Origin: a bacterium | GTDB lineage: Bacteria; SAR324; JACQKK01 | Assembly (NCBI GenBank): GCA_965249525.1 | Contig: OZ252237.1 | Span: 836,443 to 900,442 of the forward strand | Reading direction: 5' to 3' | DNA length: 64,000 bases | In this document: positions 63,110 through 64,000 of the stretch, piece by piece | Numbering within the stretch: the first letter of the stretch is position 1 | Layout of the letters: each line of letters opens with the position of its first letter | Position numbers and translations under genes: made by a program | The notes under the pieces: generated by a model | The model's input: the letters and a program-made list of their open reading frames with translations, nothing else | What the model was told of the DNA's origin: nothing | The model's database searches: none

Positions 63110-64000
63110 ATGGTATGGCGTCCATTGGTTCGGAGTTGGAAATTACACAGCCGTCTGGTTGGAAAGGGACAATTGACTCGTCATGCATTGTTGGGGTCTT
63201 TTTTGGGTTTAGGTTCTGCGATGATGGAAGGCTTGGGGTTGGGGATGGTGTATCCGGTATTAATTTTTATGGATGGAGGTGTTGCTGGTTTACGGGAGAC
63301 TGGGGGTGTAATGCTGCGATTGGTAGACGGACTGGAGCAACTGGGTTTGCCGGTAAACTTGGTGGTATTGCTAGGAATAGTGATAACGACAGTATTCTTG
63401 CGTCAAGGATTTTTGTATATACGCGCAGTGTTCTTTGTCTGGGTATCCAAGGAGGTATGGCGTGGAGGCCTCACCGCCCTGATGGATAATTTTTTGAAAG
63501 CACCATTTGAAACGGTCACCCACTTAAATCCTCAGATGCGAAATTTGGGAGAGACAAGTATCAATATGACAGGAGAGTTTTATCGCTCGTTATTGGAGGG
63601 AATGGCATTAATTTTGGTGTTGTTGACCTATGGAGGTTTGCTGCTGTTGTTGAATCCACAAATTACCCTGCTGTTTGGGATATTATCGCTGCCGATGCTG
63701 GCGGGGCAGCATCGGTTAGTAAAACGTGCGAGATACTTGGGGGAACGAATGGATAGAGCATACTACCATATGAGATATTTGCACGAAGAAATGATGCGTG
63801 GACTGCGGTGGATAAAAATGCGTGGGATAGAAGAAATGATGGATAAAATTTACCTGGAACGGGTAACTGCAACCACAAAAGTAGAAGTTGCTGCAAGCAA
63901 CAAAAAGTTTTTTACAGAGAATTCTTCTCAAATGCTGTTTCTGCTGCTCATTTTGGGAATGTTTGCCTTGGCGACATCCCGCTTTGAGTTGAGGCTGGCA
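63110..64000 (+). CDS. ABC-exporter-like membrane domain protein (5' part; runs off the right edge)
   Basis: Not in the ORF track because it has no stop. AAGGAG at 63096-63101 and ATG at 63110, with the frame open for 297 codons to the window end. TM-rich: LGSAMMEGLGLGMVYPVLIF..., LVVLLGIVITTVFLRQGFLYIRAVFF..., LILVLLTYGGLLLLLNPQITLLFGILSLPML. The pattern resembles type I ABC exporter TMDs. It replaces the track ORF 63079-63489 in another frame. Confidence 0.55.
   Translation, partial: MVWRPLVRSWKLHSRLVGKGQLTRHALLGSFLGLGSAMMEGLGLGMVYPVLIFMDGGVAGLRETGGVMLRLVDGLEQLGLPVNLVVLLGIVITTVFLRQGFLYIRAVFFVWVSKEVWRGGLTALMDNFLKAPFETVTHLNPQMRNLGETSINMTGEFYRSLLEGMALILVLLTYGGLLLLLNPQITLLFGILSLPMLAGQHRLVKRARYLGERMDRAYYHMRYLHEEMMRGLRWIKMRGIEEMMDKIYLERVTATTKVEVAASNKKFFTENSSQMLFLLLILGMFALATSRFELRLA

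Noticed and set aside
63079-63489. Track ORF of 136 aa (MLVFSVRRYCDG...)
   Set aside because: It is Gly/Cys/Trp-rich and looks like nonsense. A different frame starting at 63110, with a strong SD, is open to the window end and encodes TM helices typical of an ABC exporter.

Overview
This is a 64-kb, gene-dense chromosomal window from a diderm bacterium (KDO/LPS genes, a secretin, a DsbA-like protein, YidC). G+C is roughly 50%, with a few low-GC patches. I call about 52 protein genes, one tRNA-Pro, one frameshifted ankyrin gene and several in-frame mini-satellites. I see no rRNA, CRISPR, transposase, integrase or phage genes.

The backbone is housekeeping: alaS (partial), sucCD, ispD, a GspD-type secretin, kdsA/kdsD, a dsbA-like gene, a class I aldolase, a ychF-like gene, mutS, an HD-GYP protein, xthA, a fliM-like ORF, rsmA, rpmH-rnpA-yidD-yidC, livF-livH, argH, thiL, ruvB, galE, a GT2, an rluA-family gene, an acyl-CoA ligase/MenB-BadI crotonase/enolase trio, folP, a lytic transglycosylase, an AI-2E transporter and scpA. 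Three real genes are missing from the supplied ORF track: alaS (1-1061), rpmH (30329-30469) and an ABC-exporter-like ORF (63110-64000).

The most interesting observations are:
(i) A 2.3-2.4 kb direct duplication begins inside tRNA-Pro and carries two paralogous lipoprotein genes (Ser/Asp VNTR plus a GH16/ConA-like domain). Their first ~1.6 kb differ only by non-synonymous changes. Their 3' ends are mosaic and hypervariable, including the catalytic motif. Their ribosome-binding sites and start codons also differ.
(ii) Third-position G versus C usage reverses along operons across the whole window. The coding strand is G-rich at operon 5' ends and C-rich at 3' ends, with an abrupt reset at operon boundaries.
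(iii) A ~33% GC gene fuses a phosphoethanolamine-transferase-type sulfatase to a PLC/GDPD-like domain.
(iv) Four palindromic TTGAAATTTCAA-like sites lie in front of a nearly Met-free FliM-like ORF.
(v) Several ORFs look like degenerate pseudo-enzymes.

All functional calls rest on motif recognition by eye. No database search or computation was possible.
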